NCBI GenBank assembly: GCA_050174015.1
Contig: JBFXKG010000008.1
Location: forward strand, 138,378-202,377
DNA from: Candidatus Krumholzibacteriia bacterium
GTDB taxonomy: Bacteria; Krumholzibacteriota; Krumholzibacteriia; LZORAL124-64-63
Reading direction: 5' to 3'
Length of the DNA: 64,000 nucleotides
A program made the translations under genes and the position numbers. Positions 8,653-18,536 of this stretch are shown in pieces. Under the pieces are notes generated by a model that searched no databases, was not told the origin of the DNA, and saw nothing but the letters and a program-made list of their open reading frames with translations. How positions within the stretch are numbered: position 1 is the first letter of the stretch; each line of letters starts with the position of its first letter.

Positions 8653-9233
8653 AGGAGCCGTTGAACCTCGCCCTGCGCCTGGGGCTCATCTGCGCCGTGG
8701 CCGCCCTGGCCCTGACCCGGGTGGACGCCTTCACGCGGGAACCCATCGCCCTGGCCGAGGCCCGCGCCCGGCGCGAAGCCGTGGCCGCGGTCCTGCCGCC
8801 CTTCACCGAACTGGTGGCCGACACCCTGCGGCCCGGGGAGGCCGACCAGACCCTCTACTACACGGGGATGGGCCCCGACGGGCCCGTGGGAACGGCCCTG
8901 GTGACCGCCAGCGGTCTGGGCTATTCCGGCCTGATCGAGCTGATGCTGGGGCTGGATGCCGAGGGCGACGTCAACGGCGTGCGGGTGCTCCGTCACGCCG
9001 AGACGCCGGGCCTTGGCGCCAATTACGCCGCGCCCGAGCTGCTGGACCGCTTCTACAAGGGTCGGCCCGGCGGGGGCGAGTGGAAGGTGACCAAGGACGG
9101 CGGTCCGGTGGATGCGGTGACGGGGGCGACGGTCACCGGCAGGGCCATCTGCGACGCCATCGACCGCGGTTGGGATCGCTGGTCGCGGGACCGGGACCGG
9201 CTGGGCGCCCAGGGCAAGAAGGAGACTCCATGA
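8649..9233 (+). CDS. rnfG: Rnf complex subunit G (FMN-binding)
   Basis: GYSG, HAETPGLG and DAVTGATVT; ATG overlaps the rnfD stop. Confidence 0.93.
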   Translation: MKEPLNLALRLGLICAVAALALTRVDAFTREPIALAEARARREAVAAVLPPFTELVADTLRPGEADQTLYYTGMGPDGPVGTALVTASGLGYSGLIELMLGLDAEGDVNGVRVLRHAETPGLGANYAAPELLDRFYKGRPGGGEWKVTKDGGPVDAVTGATVTGRAICDAIDRGWDRWSRDRDRLGAQGKKETP

Positions 9234-9913
9234 CGGCGACGGCGGTCTTTTTCCGGGGACTCTGGCAGGAGAACCCCATCTTCCGCCTGCTGCTGGGGCT
9301 GTGCCCCACGCTGGCGGTCACCACCAGCGTGGTCAACGGGCTGGGGATGGGGCTGGCCTCGACCTTCGTCCTGCTGTGCAGCAACACCATGATCTCGCTT
9401 CTGCGCGGGTTCATCCCCAGGAAGGTGCGGATCCCCGCCTACATCGTGGTGATCGCCTCGTTCGTGACCATCGTCGACCTGGTCATGCACGGTTTCCTTT
9501 TTGAACTGCACCGCAGCCTGGGCCTGTTCATCCCCCTGATCGTGGTCAACTGCATCATCCTCGGCCGGGCCGAGGCGTTCGCCAGCCGCAACCCCCTGCG
9601 CCTCTCGGTGCTCGACGGTCTGGGCATGGGTCTGGGCTTCACGGCCGGGCTGGCGGTTCTGGGCGGGGTCCGCGAGCTGCTGGGTTCGGGCAGCCTGCTG
9701 GGGATTCCGGTCCTGGGCGCGGACTATCCGCCGGCCCTGGTGATGATCCTGCCGCCGGGGGCCTTCCTGACCCTGGGCCTGCTGCTGGCGGGGATGAACA
9801 AGCTGGAACAGCGGCGGGCCATCGGGGCGGGGGAGGCCTACGCCCCTCCGCGGGAGATGGATTGCGGCAACTGCGTGCTGTGCAACCTCGGGGAGAACCT
9901 CCGCTCGGAGTGA
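9230..9913 (+). CDS. rnfE: Rnf complex subunit E
   Basis: ENPIFRLLLGLCPTLAVT, FIPLIVVNCIILGRAEAFA and LPPGAF. Confidence 0.96.
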   Translation: MTATAVFFRGLWQENPIFRLLLGLCPTLAVTTSVVNGLGMGLASTFVLLCSNTMISLLRGFIPRKVRIPAYIVVIASFVTIVDLVMHGFLFELHRSLGLFIPLIVVNCIILGRAEAFASRNPLRLSVLDGLGMGLGFTAGLAVLGGVRELLGSGSLLGIPVLGADYPPALVMILPPGAFLTLGLLLAGMNKLEQRRAIGAGEAYAPPREMDCGNCVLCNLGENLRSE

Positions 9914-9931
9914 CCTCACCGGTCCGCCGGC

Positions 9932-10450
9932 CTAGACGATGTTGCCTTGACGCCGCTGGGAATCGTCCCCGCGGGCGAGGCGTTCGGCGAACACCCGCAT
10001 CTCGTACATCTGATCCATGGTCAAACCCTGCCCGATGACGGCCGCCCCGTAGACGAAGCCCGCCACACCCAGACAGACAGGGACCGCGATGATGGCCCAG
10101 GGGGTCTCGTGGACCGTCAGCTGGGCCAGCCCGAACACCAGACAGCCCAGGGCGATCATCCCCAGCACCCCGTAGACGGCCATGAACCCCGTCCAGACGG
10201 CCGGATGGGGAGTGAAACGGCCGCGCAGGGTGCACTCGCCCTCGTCGTCGACCAGCTGGAGATTCAGGTAGGGCGACAGCAGGGAGCGCTGGTCCGGCGG
10301 CAGCTGGATGTAGGCGTGCCGGTTGAGGACCTGACCGACGTAGGGCCCGCTGCCGGCCGTCAGGTAGGCCTTCAGGCGGGCGAAGACGTCCCTGGCCTCG
10401 CCCTGGCAGGGCAGGATGAATTCAGGTCGCATGCGGGGCCGCAAGGCCAT
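9932..10450 (-). CDS. Hypothetical membrane protein (two C-terminal TM helices)
   Basis: GGAGG RBS before the ATG at 10450; SPYLNLQL...LRGRFTPHPAVWT followed by two hydrophobic helices. Confidence 0.75.
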   Translation of the reverse strand: MALRPRMRPEFILPCQGEARDVFARLKAYLTAGSGPYVGQVLNRHAYIQLPPDQRSLLSPYLNLQLVDDEGECTLRGRFTPHPAVWTGFMAVYGVLGMIALGCLVFGLAQLTVHETPWAIIAVPVCLGVAGFVYGAAVIGQGLTMDQMYEMRVFAERLARGDDSQRRQGNIV

Positions 10451-10619
10451 GAGGCGTCCTCCCGGGATCTGGAACTTCCTGATCGAAAGCAATAACCTAT
10501 AATCATACTAGGAAATTTGTGCCAGCCGCGGGATCTTACATCCGATCCCGGGGTGACGGATGAGGATCGCGCAGCTATCGTGGCCGGATCCACCCGAACC
10601 CAGGAATGGCGGAGCGAGC

Positions 10620-12029
10620 TTGAGCCCTGAATCAGACGGCACCGCGGACGGCCTGCCCGGCGACGACCTGACCACCGCGCCCATCCCCCAACTCGTGCGC
10701 AGGCTGGCCATCCCCGCTTCCGTGGGCTTCTTCTTCAACACCATGTACAACGTGGTGGACACGTACTTCGCCGGGCGCTGGTCGACCGACGCCCTCGCGG
10801 CCCTCTCCTTGAGCTTCCCGGTCTTCTTCATCCTCATCGCCATGGGTTCGGGGTTCTCCACGGGGGCGACCGCCCTGATCGGGGACGCCCTGGGCCGCCG
10901 GGATCGCCCGGCCGCCGCCGCGGTCGCCGCCCAGGGCCTGGTGCTGGGCCTGCTGGCGACCCTCGTCATCATGGTGGTGGGTTACGCCTCGGCGCCCTCC
11001 CTGTACCGGATGCTGGGAGCGGAGGAGGAGTACCTCGACCTGTGCCTCTCCTACCTCCACGTCATCCTGGCGGGGTCCGGATTCATCCTGACGTTCTACA
11101 TGTTCAACGGCATCCTCAACGCCCAGGGCGACACCCGCGCCTTCCGGGACTACCTCATCGCCGCCACCGTCGCGAACGTCATCATGGACCCCTGGTTCAT
11201 GTACGGCGGTCTGGGATTGCCGGCCATGGGGGTGCCGGGCATCGCCCTGGCCACGATCATCGCCCAGGCCGGCGGGGTCGTGTTCCTGGGCCGCCGGGCC
11301 CGGCGGACCGGCCTGCTGTGGCGGTCGACCGGCGCCCGCTGGCGGCCTGACGGGGCCATCCTGCGCGCCATCGCCGCCCAGGGGGTTCCCGCAAGCCTGA
11401 ACATGATGACCGTGGCGATCGGCATCTTCGTGATCACGTACTACCTCAGCGCCTTCGGGCAGGATGCGGTCGCCGCCTACGGTGCGGCCACCCGCATCGA
11501 GCAGATCATCCTGCTGCCCGCCCTGGGGTTGAACGTGGCCGCCCTGACCCTGGCCGCCCAGAACGGGGGCGCCCGGCGGTTCGACCGGGTCCGCTCCACC
11601 GTCCGCACCTGCCTGGCCTACGGGATGCTGGTGGTCCTGGTGGGATCCACCCTCATGTTCCTCGGCGCCGACTGGCTGATGGCGCGCTTCACGGATTCCG
11701 CAGCGGTCGTGGCCATCGGCGGCCACTACCTGCGGATCGCCGCCTTCATCGAGTTCGCCTACGTGCTGCTGTTCGTCAACCTCTCGGTGCTCCAGGGCCT
11801 GAAGCTGCCCATCTTCGCCCTGTGGATCGGCCTCGGCAGACAGATCCTGGCTCCGGTGATCCTGTTCACCCTGGCCACGAGGGTCTGGAATCTGGGCCTG
11901 GACGGGGTCTGGTGGTCCATCTTCGGGATCACCTGGACCGCGGCCCTGGTGGCGGTCGCCTTCGCCCTGAGGAAGGTGGACGTCCTGGCCTCCCGGCCCG
12001 GCCCCGGTGGCGAGGGAGGTGGGCCATGA
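10620..12029 (+). CDS. MATE family efflux transporter
   Basis: LAIPA...YNVVDTYFAG, NAQGDT, NVIMDP...GLPAMGVPGIALAT and AQNGGA. Start uncertain (TTG 10620 or ATG 10560). Confidence 0.92.
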   Translation: MSPESDGTADGLPGDDLTTAPIPQLVRRLAIPASVGFFFNTMYNVVDTYFAGRWSTDALAALSLSFPVFFILIAMGSGFSTGATALIGDALGRRDRPAAAAVAAQGLVLGLLATLVIMVVGYASAPSLYRMLGAEEEYLDLCLSYLHVILAGSGFILTFYMFNGILNAQGDTRAFRDYLIAATVANVIMDPWFMYGGLGLPAMGVPGIALATIIAQAGGVVFLGRRARRTGLLWRSTGARWRPDGAILRAIAAQGVPASLNMMTVAIGIFVITYYLSAFGQDAVAAYGAATRIEQIILLPALGLNVAALTLAAQNGGARRFDRVRSTVRTCLAYGMLVVLVGSTLMFLGADWLMARFTDSAAVVAIGGHYLRIAAFIEFAYVLLFVNLSVLQGLKLPIFALWIGLGRQILAPVILFTLATRVWNLGLDGVWWSIFGITWTAALVAVAFALRKVDVLASRPGPGGEGGGP

Positions 12030-13636
12030 ACCTCGCCGGATCCCGGTGGACCCTCCCGATCGGTTCGGCCGTCCTGGTGACCGGGGTCCTGGCGGGCCTG
12101 CGGCCGGCCGTCGCGGCGCTCTGGCCCACCCTGCTCGCCCTGGGGGTGATCCTGGCCACGCGCAGCGCCCTGTCCGGCCTGCTGGCCGGCGCCCTGGCGG
12201 GAGCCGTCATCCTCGAGGGTGGCGATCCGGTGGGGGCCGTCGTCCTGCTGGCGAGGGATCACTTCTGGTCAGGGTTGTCCAGCCCCTGGAAGTCGGGAGC
12301 CATCGTCTTCACGATCCTCCTGGGCGGCTTCGCGGCGGTCCTGGAGGCGGGAGGGGGACCCGAACGGTTGCTGCGGCGGTGGGCGGGGGACGGAGGCGAC
12401 CGCCGGCGCAGGGTGGAAACCGCCGCGATGGGGCTGGGCCTGGTCCTGTTCTTCGACGGGCTCGCCAACAGCATGGTGGTGGGCAGGGTGGCCCGCCCCC
12501 TCGCCGACCTCGCGGGGGTGGCGCGGGTCAAGCTGGCCTACATCGTCGATTCCACATCCTCGGCCGTGGCGTGCGTGGCCCTGATCTCCACCTGGATCGC
12601 CTTCCAGCTGGGGATGATCACCGAGGCCTTCGCCCTGGCCGGCCGGCAGGTCAATCCTTACGGGGTGTTCCTGGCCTCCCTGCCCTACAACTTCTACTGC
12701 TGGTTCACCCTGGTCCTTCTGGCGGTGGCGGTCCGGCGGGGCTTCCATCCGGGGCCCATGGGAGGGCACTGCCGCCGGGCCGGGCCGCAGGCCGCGGCCG
12801 TCCGCGACGGCGGTTCGTCGGCCGGGGAGCGGGAAGGGGGTCTCGCCTCCGCCGCGGTTCCCCTGGTCGTCCTTCTGGCCGCCTTCTTCCTGGGGTTCCT
12901 GGTCCTGGGTTCGCCCCGGCCCCTGCTTCCCCTCAGCCGGGACAAGCTGGTCGCGTCCTTCGGCTCGGACGCCGGACCGGTGGTCATGACGGCGGCGGCC
13001 GCCCTGGCCCTGGCGACGGCGATGGCCCTGTTCCCGGGACGGCGGGACGGACGCCTCCGTCCGGCAGGGCAGGCCGCACTCGGGGGGATGCGGGGGATGC
13101 TCGAGCCGGTCCTGATCCTGCTGGCGGCCTGGCTCCTGGGCGGAGTCATGGGGGATCTGGGCACGGCGGACCTGCTGGCCCGCGCCGCAGGGGGAATCGC
13201 CATCCTGGGCCTGTACCCCACGGCGACGTTCCTGGTCGGAGCTGTGGTGTCCTTCAGCACGGGCACCAGCTGGGGCACCATGGGACTGCTGTTCCCCTTG
13301 ACCGTCCCGGCTGCAGCCTCGCTCGGAGCCGACGAGCACGGCCTGGTCCTGGTGGTGGCGGCGGTGTTCAGCGGGGCCGTCTTCGGAGATCATTGCTCCC
13401 CCTTCAGCGACACGACCATCGTCACCTCCATCTCCTGCGGCGTGACGCCCGACGACCACGTCCGCACCCAGCTGCCCTACGCGCTGTTGACCGCGGCGGC
13501 GGCGATCGTCCTGGGCTTCCTGCCGGCGGGATTCGGGGCTTCCGCCTGGATCCTGCTGCCCCTGGGCGTACTCGTCCTGGTCCTGCTGCCGGGCCTGATC
13601 CCCGCGGGAATTGCCGGGCGGGACCGGATTCCGTAA
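12026..13636 (+). CDS. Na+/H+ antiporter NhaC-family / ion-coupled amino-acid transporter
   Basis: FFDGLAN, LAYIVDSTS, ISTW, GTSWGTMG and GDHCSPFSDTTI. Confidence 0.88.
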   Translation: MNLAGSRWTLPIGSAVLVTGVLAGLRPAVAALWPTLLALGVILATRSALSGLLAGALAGAVILEGGDPVGAVVLLARDHFWSGLSSPWKSGAIVFTILLGGFAAVLEAGGGPERLLRRWAGDGGDRRRRVETAAMGLGLVLFFDGLANSMVVGRVARPLADLAGVARVKLAYIVDSTSSAVACVALISTWIAFQLGMITEAFALAGRQVNPYGVFLASLPYNFYCWFTLVLLAVAVRRGFHPGPMGGHCRRAGPQAAAVRDGGSSAGEREGGLASAAVPLVVLLAAFFLGFLVLGSPRPLLPLSRDKLVASFGSDAGPVVMTAAAALALATAMALFPGRRDGRLRPAGQAALGGMRGMLEPVLILLAAWLLGGVMGDLGTADLLARAAGGIAILGLYPTATFLVGAVVSFSTGTSWGTMGLLFPLTVPAAASLGADEHGLVLVVAAVFSGAVFGDHCSPFSDTTIVTSISCGVTPDDHVRTQLPYALLTAAAAIVLGFLPAGFGASAWILLPLGVLVLVLLPGLIPAGIAGRDRIP

Positions 13637-13726
13637 GCTGAGGGCGTTCGGCCGGGAAGCCGCCACCGGGAAGGGGGCCCTGCGGCGGCCGGCGACGTCC
13701 TGCCCCCGTGAGGATGCTGGACTCCA

Positions 13727-15799
13727 TTGAAAATTCGCGGTTCTTTGTCCCAGGTCCTCTGGTCCCTCGCCGTCTGGGGAATCCTGGGGGCGGGCGGGTG
13801 CGCGGAGGACCCCGGGCGCCCCGATGCGGGCGGAGCCGTCCTGGACATCCGGTGCCTGCCCCTGGGGCTGGGCGCTCCCTGGACCCTCGAACAGCCGGGA
13901 GGACGGGTCTCCGTCGGCTACGGGGACACCACGCTGGCCGGACTGGCTCCTGGTGATCATCGCCTCGCCTGGTCCCGCGTCCCCAGCTGGATCAGCCCGG
14001 ACCCCGACACCCTCGCGGTCCGGCTCGCCTCGGGCAGCCGGGATTCCCTGGTGGGCCGCTACCGCCAACCCCAGGCCGGAACCGCGGTCCTGCACCTCCT
14101 GCCCCATCCCCCCGAACTGCAGGCCCCCTGGTTCCTGGACCGGGGCGACGGCTGGACCAGGCAGGGAACGGGCGAGGCCAGGTTCGAGGGACTGGAGGCC
14201 GGGGCCTATTCGTTGTTCTGGGGATACGTCGCGGGTTACTACCTGCCGCCCGGCGGGTTCCGGCAGGTCGAACTGGCGCCTGGCTCCTCGGTGACCGCCG
14301 CGGGAATCTACCGGCAGGAATCGCTGCCGTCGGGAACCCTGGTCATCGACGCCGAACCCGACCACCTCTTCGCTCCCTGGGAACTCCGGGGGCCGGACGA
14401 CCAGGTCTACCTCGGGCAGGGGGACGCGACCTTCTACGGCATGGCCGCCGGAAGCTACGTCCTGGAGTGGGGGGATGGGGGAGTGTGGGGGCGCCCCCGC
14501 GTGGGCTCGCCCACCGGACTGCTGATCGCCAACCAGGTCCTCAGCTTCGGCGGGGACTACCTGTCCCCCGACGTGCCGGAGGTCCCGGGGCTCCTGGTTG
14601 GAAACGGGCCCATGGCGGGCGAGGTCGTCGTATCCTGGGATTCCGTCGACAACTCCCTGGACCCCATCGCGTGGTACGACGTGGCCGCCGATCCCGACGG
14701 GCCCCTCACCACCGGGACCTTCGCCTCGGCCCGGCTTCTCGGCTCCTTCCCCCACGCGGGTCTCCACACCCGTTACGAGCAGGTCTTCGGCCCCGCCGAC
14801 GGCCTGGAGACCGGCAGGCGCTACTGGTTCGCCGTCCGGGCCAGGGACGGGAACGACCGGGCTTCGCCCGTGACGGAATCCCCGGACCATCTGGTGAGCA
14901 GAGGCTGGCATCTCTCCGGCGTGGTCCGCGATCACCGGGGCGAACCCGTGGCGGGGGTTCCCCTGGAGGTGGTCTCCATGGGCGGGGAAGGCCCGGCCCT
15001 GCGGGCCTGGTCGCAGGCGGACGGCTCGTTCCTGTCGCCCCTGCTGCTGTCCTTCGATCCGGTCGGCGTGGTCACGGACGCGGCGGAATCCCATCCCGGA
15101 CTGTATTACGACGTCCGGATCGAGGGTCTGGACTGGGACGGCCAGGACCGCCTGGACATCACCCTGGTTCCCCGCCACCGGCTGGACGACGCCTGCAGCG
15201 AGTTCGACCACGACTTCCTGACCTACCTGCGGGGGATGACCAACACCACCAATCCCACCAACAACCGGCCCGACACCCGGCTGTGGAAGTGGGAGTCGTA
15301 CCCCCTGAAGGTCTTCGTGCCCCCCGCGACCGGGACGACGGGCCTGGACCTTGCGGATCTCTGCCGGGAGATGCCCCCCGTCTGGAACCTGCACCTGGAG
15401 CAGGAGGTCTTCGTCATGACCGACCGGCCCGATTCGGCGCAGGTCGTCTTCCGGTTCGACGACGACCTGCCCCAGTTGAACGGGCAGGTTTCGGTGGTGC
15501 TGCCCGAGGGCGGTCACTTCATCGGGGACGTCGTCCCGGAAAGGTTGGAGGTCTACGTCAACTCCACCATGGGCATCGCCCGGAGGGTCCAGGAGGTCGC
15601 CCTGCACGAGCTCGGCCACGTGCTGGGGATCGCGGACCATTCCCAGTGTTCGGACGCCGGCTACCTGATGTACATCAGCAGCAGCGGGGCCCTGGACCGC
15701 GGGATCGAGGCGGCGATCCACCCGGACGAGAAGGCCCTGGCGTGGACAATCATCAACATGCCGCAGGGTTTCGACATGGCGGATTACCTGCCGGAATGA
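13727..15799 (+). CDS. Lipoprotein with three PEGA-like repeats, an FN3-like domain and a C-terminal metzincin-like zinc peptidase domain
   Basis: Lipobox GGC; APW...GxGD...GxYxLxW repeats; GLETGRRYWFAVRARD (FN3-like); HELGHVLGIADH followed by YLMY (Met-turn). Confidence 0.8.
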   Translation: MKIRGSLSQVLWSLAVWGILGAGGCAEDPGRPDAGGAVLDIRCLPLGLGAPWTLEQPGGRVSVGYGDTTLAGLAPGDHRLAWSRVPSWISPDPDTLAVRLASGSRDSLVGRYRQPQAGTAVLHLLPHPPELQAPWFLDRGDGWTRQGTGEARFEGLEAGAYSLFWGYVAGYYLPPGGFRQVELAPGSSVTAAGIYRQESLPSGTLVIDAEPDHLFAPWELRGPDDQVYLGQGDATFYGMAAGSYVLEWGDGGVWGRPRVGSPTGLLIANQVLSFGGDYLSPDVPEVPGLLVGNGPMAGEVVVSWDSVDNSLDPIAWYDVAADPDGPLTTGTFASARLLGSFPHAGLHTRYEQVFGPADGLETGRRYWFAVRARDGNDRASPVTESPDHLVSRGWHLSGVVRDHRGEPVAGVPLEVVSMGGEGPALRAWSQADGSFLSPLLLSFDPVGVVTDAAESHPGLYYDVRIEGLDWDGQDRLDITLVPRHRLDDACSEFDHDFLTYLRGMTNTTNPTNNRPDTRLWKWESYPLKVFVPPATGTTGLDLADLCREMPPVWNLHLEQEVFVMTDRPDSAQVVFRFDDDLPQLNGQVSVVLPEGGHFIGDVVPERLEVYVNSTMGIARRVQEVALHELGHVLGIADHSQCSDAGYLMYISSSGALDRGIEAAIHPDEKALAWTIINMPQGFDMADYLPE

Positions 15800-15817
15800 C
15801 GGTGGTTCCCGGGAGAA

Positions 15818-15851
15818 ACGAGGCGGGGCTCCCCAGGGAGCCCCGCCTCGT
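15818..15851. terminator. 16-bp-stem hairpin between convergent genes
   Basis: ACGAGGCGGGGCTCCC-ca-GGGAGCCCCGCCTCGT. Confidence 0.75.
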
Positions 15852-15874
15852 CGTTCGGTCGGGATGCTTCCGGA

Positions 15875-18334
15875 CTACTCTTTCTTTTCCGGCAGCGTGG
15901 ACGGGTCGATCCTGGTCAGTTCCCTGGGTCCGGCGACCAGCTCGGCCTTGCCCGCGGCGGTGATGGTGATCGTGGCCGCGCTCCACTCGTCACCCGAGTC
16001 GGAGAGCGACCCGTGATAGGTCGTCACCGTCTGCTGGGGCGTGCCCTCGTTCAGCCTGACCACCACCGTGCAGCCGGTGGGGGTGGGGTTCTCCGAGTCG
16101 TGGTCGCTGTAGTAGTGGACCCTCACGGAATAGGTGCCCGCCGAGGCGGATGAGGTCGTGATGTTCTCGGGACCGTAGCCGTCGGTGTCGTCGAAGTCCA
16201 GGTTCAGGCCGCTGGAGGTCGAGGAATGCGACCAGCCGCAGGATTCGCCGGCGGGATCGGTGACCCACAGGTCGACGTCGGTGCCGCCGGTGTCCCAGGT
16301 CAGGGTCACCCGCAGGGCGGCCGGGGGAACCTGGGCGCGGAAGCTGGTCGTGTCCTCGGCGTGGCGTGAGCCGGAGTCCGCGACGACCAGGACGGAGACG
16401 TTCTGGGACTGGGCCGACGCCTCGACGGCGATGTCCTGGCTGAATCGCCCGTTGCTGAGATTCATCGTGAACACCTGGTCGACGTCCCCGCCGATGGCGA
16501 GCTGCGCGGTGGCCAGGGAGGGGTTGGACACCGAACCCGAGATGTTCAGGACGCGGTCGGTCACCGGGGAACCGATCGGGTCGATCTCGACGCCGAAGAC
16601 GACGTCGAAGACCATGTCCTGGGCCAGGGTCACCCCTGCGGTGGAGAACTCCAGGGTCACGGTCCCTTCTTCGGGGCTGTAGTTGACGGGCAGGATGAAG
16701 TTCCCGCCGATGGTGGTGCTCCCGCCGGCCGCGATGGTCACGCTGGAGCCGCCGATCAGCTGCGCGGTGATCCGGTCCTGGCCGTGGAGACTCACGACCC
16801 CGGACACCGCCTCGGCGCCGTGGTTGGCCAGGGTGATGGAGACGCCCACCGTCTCGCCGGGATTGATCTCGCCGTCGTCGAACTGCTCGCTGGAGATCGA
16901 CCACGACGCGATCTCGACCTCGGCGCCGGTGGTCCGCACGGTCGCCGAACCCTGCCGGGAGTTGCCGAGGGTGTCGGTGACCTCCAGATCCACCGTGTAG
17001 GTCCCGATCTGCTTCGGGGTGAACACCAGGGATGCCCCGCTCTGGGACTTGCCCGTGAACTCCCCGCCGGTGATGGTCCAGCTGAAGCTCAGGCTCGAGC
17101 CCACGACGCTGGCGGCCGTGGCGTTCACCGTGACGGGCTGGTCGATGGGACTGGTCTCGGGGCTGGCGGCCACGCCCTCGAGGATGAGGCTGTTGGCCGC
17201 GAAGTTGTACATCTCGTGCAGCATGGTGGTCGCCTGGTTCTTGACGATCTCCAGGTTCTCCTGCACCGACCGCACGTAGCCCTCGGCGATGACCACGACC
17301 TCGTAGACGCCGGTGGCCAGGGGGATCTGCGTGTCCGGATCGACGCCGTCGACGATGGCGACCTTGGGCTCATCCTCGGGCTGGTCCTTCTTCTGGATGA
17401 GGATGGTCTTGCGGGAGGTCAGGTTGGTCAGGGAGTCGGCGTCCTTGACGATGCTGCGGACCTGGCCCTTGTCGTCCTCGGGCTGGTCGCCGGAGATCAT
17501 CTGATCGCCGACCTCCGCCAGCGCGTCGCTGCCGCTGACGGCGCCGACGTAGTTCTTGACCTGGTCCTTGGCGGCCTTCTTCAGGGTGTTGACCGTCTCC
17601 GCCTTCTCACCGTTGTCCCAGAGGTGGACGTCCCCCCTGGTCCGTTTCTTCAGGGGATGATCGTCGGGGAGGTTGCGGTAGTATTCGATCTTCTGCTGGG
17701 TGGTCGACCCCTCCAGCTCGCTGATGGGCACGTAACCCTCCTGGGAGTCCCCGCGATTGATCGCGTCGATGATCCTCTCGTCCCTGGCGGCGTTGTGTTC
17801 CTCGAGGCGCTTGGCGAAATCGGAGACGATGGGGATGCCCGAGTCCGAGGCGGAGAGAGCCTCGCGAAGGGAATGGGAGCCGCTCAGCACCCGCCAGCTG
17901 GTCCGGACCATCTGGCCCGAGGAGACGACGGACTTCTTCACGACGTTGAAGAGGCCCTTGGCGACGGAGCCGGCGGCGTCCGTGAACATGCCCTTGCCCG
18001 CCGAGCCGTAGGCGTGGATGTCGTCTTCCAGCGCGATCAGGGCGTCCATCTTGGCGCCGACGACGAGGGTCTTCTGGACGTAGTCGTTGACCAAGGTCGT
18101 GATCTGGGCGTTGTCCGGGGTCTTGGCGTTGAAGGCGCCTTCGAGCTGGTCCCAGGAGGCGTCGAGATCCGTGAAGGAGTCCTGGAGTTCCCGGCTCGTG
18201 GGCCAGTAGTCGTTGATGCTGTCCTCCATGTTGCCCGGAGGAGGGGTCGTCGGTCCCGTGGGGTCGTCGCCTCCGCAGCCGGTGATGGTGATCACGAGCA
18301 GCAGGGTCAGCAGCAGTCGAGCTCTTGATGTCAA
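15875..18334 (-). CDS. Large lipoprotein with PKD/Ig-like domains and a C-terminal YfaP/DUF2135-like domain
   Basis: GAGGAGG RBS before TTG at 18334; lipobox ITGC; GTYTVDLEVTD (PKD-like); LRVTLTWDTGGTDVDLWVTDP...LDFDDTDGYGPENI. Confidence 0.82.
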   Translation of the reverse strand: MTSRARLLLTLLLVITITGCGGDDPTGPTTPPPGNMEDSINDYWPTSRELQDSFTDLDASWDQLEGAFNAKTPDNAQITTLVNDYVQKTLVVGAKMDALIALEDDIHAYGSAGKGMFTDAAGSVAKGLFNVVKKSVVSSGQMVRTSWRVLSGSHSLREALSASDSGIPIVSDFAKRLEEHNAARDERIIDAINRGDSQEGYVPISELEGSTTQQKIEYYRNLPDDHPLKKRTRGDVHLWDNGEKAETVNTLKKAAKDQVKNYVGAVSGSDALAEVGDQMISGDQPEDDKGQVRSIVKDADSLTNLTSRKTILIQKKDQPEDEPKVAIVDGVDPDTQIPLATGVYEVVVIAEGYVRSVQENLEIVKNQATTMLHEMYNFAANSLILEGVAASPETSPIDQPVTVNATAASVVGSSLSFSWTITGGEFTGKSQSGASLVFTPKQIGTYTVDLEVTDTLGNSRQGSATVRTTGAEVEIASWSISSEQFDDGEINPGETVGVSITLANHGAEAVSGVVSLHGQDRITAQLIGGSSVTIAAGGSTTIGGNFILPVNYSPEEGTVTLEFSTAGVTLAQDMVFDVVFGVEIDPIGSPVTDRVLNISGSVSNPSLATAQLAIGGDVDQVFTMNLSNGRFSQDIAVEASAQSQNVSVLVVADSGSRHAEDTTSFRAQVPPAALRVTLTWDTGGTDVDLWVTDPAGESCGWSHSSTSSGLNLDFDDTDGYGPENITTSSASAGTYSVRVHYYSDHDSENPTPTGCTVVVRLNEGTPQQTVTTYHGSLSDSGDEWSAATITITAAGKAELVAGPRELTRIDPSTLPEKKE

Positions 18335-18536
18335 GGTCGGCCTCCTCGAAGTTGGGCGAATCGCGGCCGGGAAAATCCTTCCCCGCCGGGTTGTTCTTTT
18401 CCCGGTAGCCTCGGCATCGGCCTCGGGATTCCCGTTGATCCTCCACCACAGCAAAGCTAATGCCCTGCTGCAGCGGGGGATAGAATTTTTTGAAAACACG
18501 GGTTCGAAAAAGGAGGAAATGAGGATTGTTTGCGGC

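Noticed and set aside
12269..15721. 1150-aa minus-strand ORF
   Set aside because: It is antisense to two well-supported plus-strand genes and has no recognisable motifs.
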